A stretch of 64,000 bases of DNA. Origin: Vitrella brassicaformis CCMP3155 (lineage: Eukaryota; Protista; Chromerida). This document shows positions 35,049-50,795 of this stretch, piece by piece; position 1 is the first letter of the stretch; each line of letters begins with the position of its first letter. The position numbers and the translations under genes were made by a program. The notes under the pieces are model-generated. The model ran no database searches, was not told where the DNA came from, and saw only the letters and a program-made list of their open reading frames with translations. The DNA lies in contig CDMY01000252.1 in assembly GCA_001179505.1 (NCBI GenBank), forward strand, positions 84,044-148,043, in the 5' to 3' direction.

Positions 35049-36074
35049 TTAAGATTCCCCCGCCCCGCCGGCGTGTTTGGGTGTTGTTGTCTGTCTGGTC
35101 TCTTTGTCTCCTTTAACGTCGCAGTAGAGCTCGTATGGGTCTGGCTCTTCCTCTTCCTCTGCAAACTCCCAGACGCCCAAGCGGTTGTCCGAGATGGCCT
35201 GCACGCCCAGCTCTTTGGCCATCTCATGCATGGCGTCCAGGTTGGACTCGTCCTCGAGGTCGATCCACAGGGGGTCACCGTAGCACCGCTGGACATGCGC
35301 ATCTGAACACACACACACACGCGCAGAGGATGGATGTACTTGTGTCCGAGTGCGTTCGTTCGCTCGTTGTTCGGCGCTTTGCGTACAGTTTCCGTTGTCA
35401 ATCTCACTCCACATGTCGAGGTAGAACTGTTCGAAGCCCCTGCCAAGAACACATACACACACACATACGGTGAGCATGCGGTCGTCGGTCAGCACCTTCG
35501 GACCTTCCATCTTTGCAGCACTGCTGCCAGATCCGCTCAAGTGCCCTGGCCGAGACCTCGTAGCGACGGAAGGGCCGAGAGGCATAGATCTCTGCAAGCG
35601 CCTTAATTCTCCCGCGCCTGCTATTGGCCCTCGGGAGGCCTGCACACACACACATACCGTCACACACAGGTCAGGAGACCTCTTCTCTGACGTACCAACG
35701 TCTTCCAATGCGCAATTCAGTATCGCCATGAAGGTGCCGCTGGAGTTGAGCTCCCCATTATCTATCGTATTGTTGATGCATTTGCGCGCCCGCCGCTTAT
35801 TCGCGGCATACGCCATCTCTCGCAGCCGGCGGGTTTCGCCAAATGCCGGCAGCTCGATTCCCCGCAAGAAGCGGACCAGCCGATGCGCCCGAGTCGCCTC
35901 AAGCCGCGTCTTGTGCTCACAGCCATCAGCGGCAAAGGGTCGTCCCGTCCGGCTGCGCAGAGCGTCCACGCGCGCCGGGTGGACGAACGAGGGAAGGGAA
36001 GGCGAACAAATCGCGGGGTGAGGTCCAAGTTGGAGCAGCAGGACAAGACAACTAACGCCCAACACACGCTTCAT
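35049..36074 (-). CDS. Hypothetical protein with signal peptide plus transit-like region (putative plastid)
   Basis: MKRVLGVSCLVLLLQLGPHPAICS, then PSLPSFVHP and an R/S/T-rich stretch. Three microsatellite introns. Globular-looking C-part GFEQFYLDMWSEIDN…YGDPLWIDLED…LGVWEF. Confidence 0.6.
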   Translation of the reverse strand: MKRVLGVSCLVLLLQLGPHPAICSPSLPSFVHPARVDALRSRTGRPFAADGCEHKTRLEATRAHRLVRFLRGIELPAFGETRRLREMAYAANKRRARKCINNTIDNGELNSSGTFMAILNCALEDVGTSEKRSPDLCVTVCVCVQASRGPIAGAGELRRLQRSMPLGPSVATRSRPGHLSGSGSSAAKMEGPKVLTDDRMLTVCVCVCVLGRGFEQFYLDMWSEIDNGNCTQSAEQRANERTRTQVHPSSARVCVCSDAHVQRCYGDPLWIDLEDESNLDAMHEMAKELGVQAISDNRLGVWEFAEEEEEPDPYELYCDVKGDKETRQTTTPKHAGGAGES

Positions 36075-36381
36075 GAGTCTCTTGTTTCATCGTCTTGGGC
36101 GAAGACAGAACGGCGCGAGCACGGCTTTCCTGACCAGACGACAGACACAAACAGCGATAGCAAGCAGTGCACCATGGATGTGCATTGTGCTGCTCCGCTG
36201 ACCTCATGGCAGTCAGACGTCAGCGACAGGCGGTGCTTCTCAATCTGCGTAGGAGATCTGCAACAAACAATGAATCAATCAGGTATCAATGGGCGATTTG
36301 TGAGTGCGCTTATCGTCCTGCGCACGTCACGCTGTCGATTTGTCATCCCTTCCCTCCCTGATCCCTTTCCCGGCTTGCAGC

Positions 36382-36390
36382 TGCGAGCTT
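36382..36390 (+). promoter_or_regulatory. TGCGAGCTT motif upstream of seipin
   Basis: Exact 9-mer about 190 bp upstream of ATG 36580. Confidence 0.55.
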
Positions 36391-36579
36391 GGAACGAAGA
36401 ACTTTCTTCTCAGAACGAAGAAAGCAGAACGAGAAGCGGTTGAATAGCATCTGCTGAAAGTGTAAGGAGAGAGCACTGATGAAATGTACACAAAATTCTC
36501 AGAAAGCGCAGACTTTGTGGCTTGTTTGTTCGCTGTCATGCAGGGAATGGATGAGGTCATTGCCACGGTGGTTTGAGAG

Positions 36580-37737
36580 ATGATTAGCCGGGCCATCGGA
36601 GGGGCGGGCGTGGCTGCGGTGGAGGGCTACCTGCTATGCTCGCGGCTGTGCGGGGCCTGCCTGATCGTCCTGCCCCTGGCCCTGATGGCGTCATCCATCG
36701 CCTACTGGAGCGTCGTCGACCGCCTCTTCCCATCGGCATCCCAGCTCTTCCCCATCCACTTCACATACGGCACAGACGACACACAGCTCGACCTCTACCG
36801 GCCGGAGGGATCCACCATGTCGGTCACGGAGGCGCATGTGCCCTTCAGCCACCGGAACTGGGACTTTGAGCCGCCCGCACACACCGAGGTAGTCCTGGGT
36901 GTGGAGCGGCCGGTGTATTACTTGCCGAGGGTGGAGATCAACTCGGGGCCTTACGTGGAGGTGGACCTGTCGGTGCAGTTCCTCCTCCCCAGGCGGCTGC
37001 TGAACTCCTTTGATCTGCCCCTGACCATATCGATGGAGATCATCAGTCGGGACGGCCGGCGGGTGGCACGCTCCACACGATCCCTCCTGCCAGCGAAGCC
37101 CTCTCTCTTCCGGCAGCTCTTCGACTACTTTGTGCAGCGATCCCTGGTTGCCCTGGGCCTGTGGAATGACGTGCGGACCTTCACCGTTCTCCTGATTGAC
37201 CGCTTCCCCTATTCGTCCCCCGACTGGCTCGGCCGCGCCATCATCCGCCTCGCCCCGGCCATCCCTGTCGACCGGGCCTTTCTCCAGATGCGACGCCGTA
37301 TGTGGTTCTACCCCATCAGAGCTTACCTGGGGGCCCATCGGTGGACGGCATACGTGCTGTTCGTCACGGTGGCGTCGATTATGGCGACTGCATGGGCCTG
37401 CTGCCTCGTATCACTGCTGTGGGTCGAGAGGATACTGCGCAAGAGCACATCTCGGGAGGGCTTCATGAACATGGAGCAGCCACCTGTCGCTGGACCACTG
37501 CCGAACGTCCGCATTCCTCGGCCCCCACCCGTCGCACCACTAGAGCCGCCGCCGATGCGTCGCAGCGCCCCCCCGTCCCCCGTCCGTCCCATGCCCCGCA
37601 CCGCCCCACCATCACCGCCATTGCAACCCCTTCGTGTGGAGAGAGGGGAAGCAATGGCGGCACAGCAGAGGTCGCAGACACGGCAGGAAGTCCCGGTATC
37701 CTCTATGCCGCCACCGGCCGACATCGGCCGTGGATCT
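36580..37737 (+). CDS. Seipin (BSCL2-like), piece A, truncated by gap; intronless
   Basis: N-terminal TM, FPIHFTYG, VEVDLSVQFLLP, ARSTRSLL…SLFRQLFDYF, PIRAYLGAHRWTAYVLFV second TM. This is the seipin luminal-domain topology. Confidence 0.75.
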
Positions 37738-38037
37738 NNNNNNNNNNNNNNNNNNNNNNNNNNNNNNNNNNNNNNNNNNNNNNNNNNNNNNNNNNNNNNN
37801 NNNNNNNNNNNNNNNNNNNNNNNNNNNNNNNNNNNNNNNNNNNNNNNNNNNNNNNNNNNNNNNNNNNNNNNNNNNNNNNNNNNNNNNNNNNNNNNNNNNN
37901 NNNNNNNNNNNNNNNNNNNNNNNNNNNNNNNNNNNNNNNNNNNNNNNNNNNNNNNNNNNNNNNNNNNNNNNNNNNNNNNNNNNNNNNNNNNNNNNNNNNN
38001 NNNNNNNNNNNNNNNNNNNNNNNNNNNNNNNNNNNNN
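37738..38037. other. Assembly gap (300 N), seipin locus
   Basis: Run of N. Confidence 1.
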
Positions 38038-38076
38038 CAGGGAATGGATGAGGTCATTGCCACGGTGGTTTGAGAG

Positions 38077-39679
38077 ATGATTAGCCGGGCCATCGGAGGG
38101 GCGGGCGTGGCTGCGGTGGAGGGCTACCTGCTATGCTCGCGGCTGTGCGGGGCCTGCCTGATCGTCCTGCCCCTGGCCCTGATGGCGTCATCCATCGCCT
38201 ACTGGAGCGTCGTCGACCGCCTCTTCCCATCGGCATCACAGCTCTTCCCCATCCACTTCACATACGGCACAGACGACACACAGCTCGACCTCTACCGGCC
38301 GGAGGGATCCACCATGTCGGTCACGGAGGCGCATGTGCCCTTCAGCCACCGCAACTGGGACTTTGAGCCGCCGGCACACACCGAGGTAGTCTTGGGCGTG
38401 GAGCGGCCCGTATATTACTTGCCGAGGGTGGAGATCAACTCGGGGCCTTACGTGGAGGTGGACCTGTCGGTGCAGTTCCTCGTCCCCAGGCGGCTGCTGA
38501 ACTCGTTCGAGCTGCCCCTGACCATATCGATGGAGATAATCAGTCGGGACGGCCGGCGGGTGGCACGCTCCACACGATCCCTCCTGCCAGCGAAGCCCTC
38601 TCTCTTCCGGCAGCTCTTCGACTACTTTGTGCAGCGATCCCTGGTTGCCCTGGGCCTGTGGAATGACGTGCGGACCTTCACCGTTCTCCTGATTGACCGC
38701 TTCCCCTATTCGTCCCCCGACTGGCTCGGCCGCGCCATCATCCGCCTCGCCCCGGCCATCCCTGTCGACCGGGCCTTTCTCGAGATGCGACGCCGTATGT
38801 GGTTCTACCCCATCAGAGCCTACCTGGGGGCCCATCGGTGGACGGCATACGTGCTGTTCGTCACGGTGGCGTCGATTATGGCGACTGCATGGGCCTGCTG
38901 CCTCGTATCACTGCTGTGGGTCGAGAGGATACTGCGCAAGAGCACATCTCGGGAGGGCTTCATGAACATGGAGCAGCCACCTGTCGCTGGACCACTGCCG
39001 AACGTCCGCATTCCTCGGCCCCCACCCGTCGCACCACTAGAGCCGCCGCCAATGCGTCGCAGCGCCCCCCCGTCACCCGTCCGTCCCATGCCCCGCACCG
39101 CCCCACCATCACCGCCATTGCAACCCCTTCGTGTGGAGAGAGGGGAAGCAATGGCGGCACAGCAGAGGTCGCAGACACGGCAGGAGGTCCCGGTGCCCTC
39201 TATGCCGCCACCGGCCGACATCGGCCGTGGATCTGCGGAGGTTTTCTTCGACGCTGAGCCGCTTGGTGCTCTCTCAACATCCCGATCTGTCATGGACGAG
39301 CCCATCCAGACGGTCACAGAAGACCCAGAGCGCGCCAGCCCCTCCCATTCACGCAGCCGAGTGCCCAAGGAGCGTGCGGGGCGCCGACCGTCGCTGCCCA
39401 CGCCCTTCTCAGGCGGAGATGAGGCGTCTGCTGCTGCCGATGGTGGTGACATGTACTTCGATGTGGTGGAGAATGGCGACTGGGACATCCTCGACACGCC
39501 CCGTGAGCCCTCAGCTGCGGCCGTCGCCGACTCAGTGTCGCGAACACGGCCATCCATCACCACCCTGCCCATCCCCGAGGCGACGACAGATGTGGACGAG
39601 GACCACCACGAGGCTTCGGCCCAGGACCGCGGCAGCTCTCGCATCATGCAGGTGCTCCGCGGTGCCCGCTTCTTCCGGG
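38077..39679 (+). CDS. Seipin, piece B (variant of A), truncated by gap
   Basis: Near-identical to A (4 amino-acid differences: L/V, D/E, Q/E, S/P) and extends into a Pro/acidic cytosolic tail with FFAT-like motifs. Confidence 0.75.
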
Positions 39680-39979
39680 NNNNNNNNNNNNNNNNNNNNN
39701 NNNNNNNNNNNNNNNNNNNNNNNNNNNNNNNNNNNNNNNNNNNNNNNNNNNNNNNNNNNNNNNNNNNNNNNNNNNNNNNNNNNNNNNNNNNNNNNNNNNN
39801 NNNNNNNNNNNNNNNNNNNNNNNNNNNNNNNNNNNNNNNNNNNNNNNNNNNNNNNNNNNNNNNNNNNNNNNNNNNNNNNNNNNNNNNNNNNNNNNNNNNN
39901 NNNNNNNNNNNNNNNNNNNNNNNNNNNNNNNNNNNNNNNNNNNNNNNNNNNNNNNNNNNNNNNNNNNNNNNNNNNNNNN
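39680..39979. other. Assembly gap (300 N), seipin locus
   Basis: Run of N. Confidence 1.
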
Positions 39980-41150
39980 TGCATGGGCCTGCTGCCTCGT
40001 ATCACTGCTGTGGGTCGAGAGGATACTGCGCAAGAGCACATCTCGGGAGGGCTTCATGAACATGGAGCAGCCACCTGTCGCTGGACCACTGCCGAACGTC
40101 CGCATTCCTCGGCCCCCACCCGTCGCACCACTAGAGCCGCCGCCGATGCGTCGCAGCGCCCCCCCGTCCCCCGTCCGTCCCATGCCCCGCACCGCCCCAC
40201 CATCACCGCCATTGCAACCCCTTCGTGTGGAGAGAGGGGAAGCAATGGCGGCACAGCAGAGGTCGCAGACACGGCAGGAAGTCCCGGTATCCTCTATGCC
40301 GCCACCGGCCGACATCGGCCGTGGATCTACGGAGGTTTTCTTCGACGCTGAGCCGCTTGGTGCTCTCTCAACACCCCGATCTGTCATGGACGAGCCCATC
40401 CAGACGGTCACAGAAGACCCAGAGCGCGCCAGCCCCTCCCATTCACGCAGCCGAGTGCCCAAGGAGCGTGCGGGGCGCCGACCGTCGCTGCCCACGCCCT
40501 TCTCAGGCGGAGATGAGGCGTCTGCTGCTGCCGATGGTGGTGACATGTACTTCGATGTGGTGGAGAATGGCGACTGGGACATCCTCGACACGCCCCGTGA
40601 GCCCTCAGCTGCGGCCGTCGCCGACTCAGTCTCGCGAACACGACCATCCATCACCACCCTGCCCATCCCCGAGGCGACGACAGATGTGGACGAGGACCAC
40701 CACGAGGCTTCGGCCCAGGACCGCGGCAGCTCTCGCATCATGCAGGTGCTCCGCGGTGCCCGCTTCTTCCGGGGCCAGGACACGCCGTCCAACACTTCTC
40801 CCACGTCGGGGTCGTGGCTGCGGGCGGGCATCAGCTCATATGGCCTGTCGCCCAGGCGGCCGCTTCCTGCTGACGTGCCGGAGAGCATGATGCCGGCAGC
40901 GGCAGCAGCAGCAGCAGCAGCAGCAGCGTCAGCAGGAGAGCGGAATGGTGAGGCGTGGGTGGTGGAGCCATTAGATAGTGGGGAGGTGGTGGGTGGACGG
41001 CCAGCGAGGAGGGGCGGCGGGCAGGCGGGCAGGACGGGGGATCTAGGGGAGGGCGGCGGGGACGACTGTGGTGATGACGAGCTAGAGCCAGTGGGTGGTG
41101 GGTCTGATAGTGCGGAGAGAGACGGTTCAGACAGAAAGAAGGATCAGTGA
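39980..41150 (+). CDS. Seipin, piece C: C-terminal part to stop codon
   Basis: Starts in TM2 (…AWACCLV) after a gap, carries A-type alleles and ends …DGSDRKKDQ*. Confidence 0.65.
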
Positions 41151-41174
41151 GGGTGACAGACACGTCGGGTGAGG

Positions 41175-41474
41175 NNNNNNNNNNNNNNNNNNNNNNNNNN
41201 NNNNNNNNNNNNNNNNNNNNNNNNNNNNNNNNNNNNNNNNNNNNNNNNNNNNNNNNNNNNNNNNNNNNNNNNNNNNNNNNNNNNNNNNNNNNNNNNNNNN
41301 NNNNNNNNNNNNNNNNNNNNNNNNNNNNNNNNNNNNNNNNNNNNNNNNNNNNNNNNNNNNNNNNNNNNNNNNNNNNNNNNNNNNNNNNNNNNNNNNNNNN
41401 NNNNNNNNNNNNNNNNNNNNNNNNNNNNNNNNNNNNNNNNNNNNNNNNNNNNNNNNNNNNNNNNNNNNNNNNNN
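41175..41474. other. Assembly gap (300 N), seipin locus
   Basis: Run of N. Confidence 1.
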
Positions 41475-42172
41475 CACCCCGATCTGTCATGGACGAGCCC
41501 ATCCAGACGGTCACAGAAGACCCAGAGCGCGCCAGCCCCTCCCATTCACGCAGCCGAGTGCCCAAGGAGCGTGCGGGGCGCCGACCGTCGCTGCCCACGC
41601 CCTTCTCAGGCGGAGATGAGGCGTCTGCTGCTGCCGATGGTGGTGACATGTACTTCGATGTGGTGGAGAATGGCGACTGGGACATCCTCGACACGCCCCG
41701 TGAGCCCTCAGCTGCGGCCGTCGCCGACTCAGTCTCGCGAACACGACCATCCATCACCACCCTGCCCATCCCCGAGGCGACGACAGATGTGGACGAGGAC
41801 CACCACGAGGCTTCGGCCCAGGACCGCGGCAGCTCTCGCATCATGCAGGTGCTCCGCGGTGCCCGCTTCTTCCGGGGCCAGGACACGCCGTCCAACACTT
41901 CTCCCACGTCGGGGTCGTGGCTGCGGGCGGGCATCAGCTCATATGGCCTGTCGCCCAGGCGGCCGCTTCCTGCTGACGTGCCGGAGAGCATGATGCCGGC
42001 AGCAGCAGCAGCAGCGTCAGCAGGAGAGCGGAATGGTGAGGCGTGGGTGGTGGAGCCATTAGATAGTGGGGAGGTGGTGGGTGGACGGCCAGCGAGGAGG
42101 GGCGGCGGGCAGGCGGGCAGGACGGGGGATCTAGGGGAGGCCGACGGTTCAGACAGAAAGAAGGATCAGTGA
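41475..42172 (+). CDS. Seipin, piece D: C-terminal variant with shorter poly-Ala and an in-frame deletion
   Basis: Same tail as C but with a shorter Ala run and missing the GGGDDCGDDELEPVGGGSDSAER segment. Same 3' flank as C. Confidence 0.6.
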
Positions 42173-42640
42173 GGGTGACAGACACGTCGGGTGAGGGCTC
42201 CAGTTTTGTTTTGAGTAGTCATGATTGACTAGCCAACACGAGTGGGAGGACACTTGCACTGTCGTTTTTCTGTGAACATGGCTCCGCAGCCTCGGCTCCT
42301 ATCAACGCTGCGAGACGTATTTGCATGGTCATTGCTCACTTCGCGCTGGTTTCCTCGATATGACAAACGCTTTCATGGACACAGCATCTGCCCTCAGGGG
42401 CCGGGACTCGGTGTCCGCTAACGAACGAACGAGACAAAGCGAGCTTAAAGGCTTGCGTCGCTTTGTCGAAGGAAAAGGAGTTTTATCGCTTTGTCGACCC
42501 ATCTTCATGCTCTGAGGTCAGCCCTGCCACCGAAAAAGCTGACTATGCAATGCATTCGTGTCCTCATCCCTCACTCTCGTGCACACACGCGATGCTGCAT
42601 CCTTTCCCACGGTTCTGTTCTGCAATGGCTGCAGAGGTCG

Positions 42641-45078
42641 ATGGCTACTGGTAGTAAGCGTGAGGTTGAGGCCCTCAAGAGGGCATGCGGCGCGCTGCAC
42701 CGGGAGGGCGACGAACCAGGAGGGCCTGCAGTAGTGGCGCGCGAGCAAGAAATGGACACGCTGGAACAATTCCTTAAAGGGTATGGAGCACAAAGAGGGC
42801 AGCACATCCCTTCTTGCCCTTCTTGCCCATCTGTTTGTTGCTAATTGGTTTGTTGATCAGGGCGTATCATCAGGATGGCCACGGCTGCCTGTATGTGTGG
42901 GGGCCGCCCGGCAGCGGCAAGACCCTCTGTGTGACGCGTGCGGTGGAGGGCGTGACGGGCAGCAAGCCCCGCCTCATCAACGCCATGGACGACGGAGCCT
43001 TCACCGCCATACTCGCGCAGCTGGCAGACAAGGTCGACCTGAACCCCAAGGCCAAGCAGCAGCTCAAGGCCGCCAAGAACCAGAGCGCCATGTACGAGAT
43101 ACTCAAGCAGCGCATCCACGCCAAACGCAAGACATGGTACGTGGTGGGATGTGGCTGGGATGTGGGTGGGGCGATAAAGGTAGGTAGCTTTGTCCGTGTG
43201 CTTCTCCGCGTTGCATATGTGTGTGCAGTGTAGTGGTACTGGACGAGTTTGATCGGATCGCGACACAGGAGGTGATGCGTTCCGGCACGGTGCAACACAA
43301 CCTCCACGCACAGCTCTTCCGCCTCGCCACGGAACCCAAGTCCAAACTCATCCTCATCGGTACGCCACACGCATCGCAGATGCTATCAACGCACACAAAC
43401 CAGCGAGACAATAGCGCACCTTCCTCCTTTCCTCTCTGTCTGCGGATGGATGGATGCAGGCATTTCGAATGCCCCCCTGGGATCGCTCAAGGGGAAACTG
43501 GAACCACACCGTAACCATCACATCCACACATACAATACAGCAAATGACACAAATTCAGACACATCCTCTCCTTTCTCCCCTTTGTCTCCCCTCCCTCCCT
43601 CCCTCCCTCCCTCCTTCCCCCAGTGCACCCGCAGGTTCTCGAGTTCAAGGAGTACACATCCGCCCAGCTGCAGCAGATCGTAGAGAGCCGCATCGACAAA
43701 CAGGCCCCGCCCCCGCCCCCGCCCCCACCCGACCCCACCGACACACACATGGCGTCCCCCGACGACCCACCCGTCCGAGCCGGCCGCAGAAACAAGCGCA
43801 AGAACAGCCGCATCTCCACCAGTGCGCGTGAGGGCGACCAGGACGGCCCCAAGCGGCTCAAGGATGAGGCGGGGGTGGGGAGGGCCGTAAAGGCGACACA
43901 CACACACAACAAGGGGGAGGGGGAGGGAGAGGCGGACGAGGAGGGGAAGGAGTTTGAGGAACGGACGGGGGGCGGTCGTGGTGGGGTTCGCATGACTGCC
44001 ACGTCGCGGAATGCTGTGGCGTTGATGTGTAAGAAGGCGGCCATCCAGCACAAGGGCGACGCTCGCAAGACACTGGGCATGGCCAGGTTCGTCACACAGC
44101 ACAGCACAGCAACGAGCGACACGAGGCACACAAGAGAGACGAGTGCATGCCGCCCATCCACTCTGATTCCTCTCTGTGTGTGTCTATCTCTGCGTGTGTC
44201 AGGACCGCCCTGGGTGCGCGCATCGAGAACTTGAGCCAGGAGTTGCAACAGCCCAATCCCCGCTCGTCGTCGGTGGCCCTCGCCTCACCCTCTCGTCGGT
44301 CATCGCGCCGCCGCGGCTCACCCGGACCCGCTGCACCGGCTGCCGCGGCTGGTGCCAGTGCCGATGGTGGTGGTGCGGGTGCCACCGTGCAGATCGGGAT
44401 GGCTGAGGTGGCGGCAGCGGCGCGGGCGGGTCGTGAGAGCCGTGTGTCCATCCCCAGCCTGGACCGGAGCATGCACATCTTGCTGCTCGCCGCACTGCAG
44501 CTCTCCAAGAAGAGCACCACGGGCACATTCACCGGACAGCAGTTCATGGTCAGTCAGTCGGTACACACCACGCATGCATGACGTGACAGGAGGGAGGGAG
44601 CGATCCCCAGGAGAGGAGTGGGGCGAGCGCATGGCGTCTGTGTGTGTGTGTGTGTTGTTCAGGATGAGCACAGGAGGGTGTTGCGTTGGTGCTTCATGGA
44701 CGAGTACGGCGGGGCGGCCAACTTCTGGGATACGGTGCAGAACACACAGGGATACGGACTCATCGGAGTGCACGGTGAGGATCCTTCACACACATCCAAT
44801 CCACGACCCGTCTGTGCGCATTGCATTTGTATGTCTCCTCCGTGTGATTGTGTGCGTGTGTCTCTCTCTTACCATCCATCCATCCATCCATGCATCCATC
44901 CATCGATGTATCAGGCCCGCGGAAGACCAAGACGGCACACTGTTACGGCCCCGGCGCTATCAAGAACCGATACAGCGTGCAGGACATCCCCGGGGGCGAA
45001 GTGGATTCCACCATTGCCCTGCTCAAGCAACTCATCTTCCCGACAGACACACAGATGACCGACAGCCAGCAATCGTGA
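42641..45078 (+). CDS. CDC6: Cdc6/ORC1-family AAA+ replication initiator
   Basis: VVAREQEMDTL, LYVWGPPGSGKT (Walker A), VVVLDEFD (Walker B), LILIGISN, FKEYTSAQLQQIVESRI, GDARKTL (sensor 2), and a winged-helix-like C-terminus. Confidence 0.85.
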
Positions 45079-45079
45079 A

Positions 45080-47220
45080 CCAATCACCACTGACAACTGA
45101 TAAGCGAGGGGGAGGGAGGGAGGGTGAATGGTGGGAGGGGGGAGCGTATGGGTCTCTTCCTTTGCATGGATGGATCCGTGACGTGACGTGACGTGGCCTG
45201 GCGTGGGCTGTCTTGTGTTGTGTTGTGTTCTACGTTGTGCAAATGTCGTCTGTAGTCATGACCCGCCCCGCCGGCACATTGATGGACACCCCGCCTACGA
45301 ACGGACGGCTGGCTGGCTGTGAACAGGGTGTTCGTTGACGATGGTTGGGCATGGTTGCGCAGATGAGTGACTCAGAGTGAGCACGGAATGGATGGAATGG
45401 GTGGGGATATTTTTTATTTGGCTGGCTGTGCAATTCACCCGCAAACCACACCACACCACACCACACCACTTCTGCCAGCACTAGTTGCCCCATTGCCGCT
45501 CTGACCTTTGGCCGCTCTTTGACTGAGCTTGAGGACAGGGGCATTGATGGGACAACTAGTGCTGGGAGGGGGAGGGGTGGTGTGTGTGGCCTGGGATGTG
45601 TGTGAGTGGACGGACTAACCGACAAGACAGACAGACAGACAGAGACAACGGCTCGACTGACTCGCTCAAGTGAACGGACGGGTAGATGGCCCCGCCCTGC
45701 CCTGCCCTGCCCACCAGCCCACCCACCCCTGTTTGCCGACAGACAGACCACCAGCTAGTGACGAATGACGAATTCGCAAACTCTCTGTAATGATAGTCGA
45801 GCCCTCTTTTTCCTCATGTGCATGGAGGGGCATGATCGCTCTGCCCACCCCGCCACGTCCAGGCAGAAGGACAGTTGGGTGACGAATTCGCAGCAATGCT
45901 CTCGAATGGTAGTTGGGCGGGCTCTCTGTGTGGGAGGGGCCATGGCGGCTGCTGTATGCTATGGCGTGGTATGGTGTCATGGTGGATTGGGCTGATTGTG
46001 GGGGCGTGGCGTGGCATGGCATGGCATGGCTGCCTGGCAGGGTGTATTGCGGATGGGATGAGCCTCGTGTGTGTGCGTGTGTGAGTGTGGATTGGCCAGG
46101 GCAGGCGAGAGAGACACTTTTCCTTTCTGTGCTTTAAAACACGAAAAAGGGTCAGTCATACATCGATCCATCCATCCATCTATCCCATACACACACACAC
46201 ACACACCAGACAGACGACATCCATCCAATGCCTCTCGAGCGGCTGCCTGGCTGGGTGCGGTGCATGGTGTGGGGTGGGGTGGGATACGTGCGTGTGGACG
46301 TCTGTCTGTATGATAGCTACAATGAGACGGCACCCCTCGTTCGTCTGTCTGTCTGGCTGGCTGCCTGTCTGTGTCACGGACTTAATCGACTGGCATGTTT
46401 TGCACTCAACAGACGCGGGCGTAGGCGAGAGAGGTAGAGGGAGGGGGGGAGAGAGCCCTACCCGCAGCTACAAAGACACTCAAGTACACCACTCCATCCA
46501 TCCATCCCATCCACACGCACACAGACACACCACTCCCCCACCAACACGCAAACACACAGACAGACAGAGAGACCCGTTCGTTCGTTTCAACATATATATT
46601 CAATCAATAGTGGCACTCACCCTCTACTGATACTGACTGACTGGCCGGCAAATAACACATACACACACACACACACACCGACACCCACGGGCAGGCCAAC
46701 ACACCACCCAGGCAGGCAGGCCAACAGGTCGGTAAGCGAGGAGGATGGGATGCCGGCACCGGAAGGATGCAGCAAATAGCCACGCCACGAGCCACAGTCA
46801 GGCAGGCAAAGGTAGGTGGGGGACGCAAAACACGCAAAACAGGCGGGCGATGCGGGCAAGGAGCCAGGCAGGCACTGACTAGGCAACAAAGGGAAAGATT
46901 GCATATCTATCTAGCCATCCCCCGGCCCGCAAACACAGCCTAGCCTGCCTCCACGCGACAGACAAATCAATCCATGTCAACGCAACTCGTCTCGTCTCGT
47001 CTGGTGTGTCGAATTCGCCCTCACGCGTCGATCTCGATTGGTGCAGCAACCAACACAGGCAGGCAGGCAGGAAGATAGGCAGGAAGATAGGCAGGAAGAT
47101 AGGCAGGAAGATAGGCAGCTAGCAGCATTACAACGGTAAATACACATGGCATGCCAGAGGGGGGCAGCGGCAGGGGCGAGGGGGTGGGGTGGGGTGGGGT
47201 GGGGTGGGGGCGTGTCTGTG
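45080..47220. repeat. Microsatellite-dense convergent intergenic tract
   Basis: (GTGAC)n, (CACCA)n, (CAGA)n, (CCCTG)n, (GGGGT)n and similar, between the Cdc6 and CDPK 3' ends. Confidence 0.8.
47065..47118. repeat. 12-bp tandem repeat (AGGCAGGAAGAT) x4.5
   Basis: Four perfect units at 47065, 47077, 47089 and 47101 plus a partial unit, just 3' of the CDPK stop. Confidence 0.9.
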
Positions 47221-47225
47221 TGTGT

Positions 47226-50795
<3,570 letters not shown>

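Noticed and set aside
42335-42350. CTTCGCGC as an E2F-like site upstream of Cdc6
   Set aside because: Imperfect single match in CG-rich DNA, and no evidence for E2F-type control here.
45760-45895. TGACGAATTCGCA occurring twice about 110 bp apart
   Set aside because: An isolated short duplication in an SSR tract, with no terminal repeats, target-site duplication or ORF to support a mobile element.
47065-47118. 12-bp repeat as CRISPR-like array or coding LPAY repeat
   Set aside because: There are no spacers, it lies 3' of the CDPK stop, and it derives from the local (AGGC)n microsatellite.
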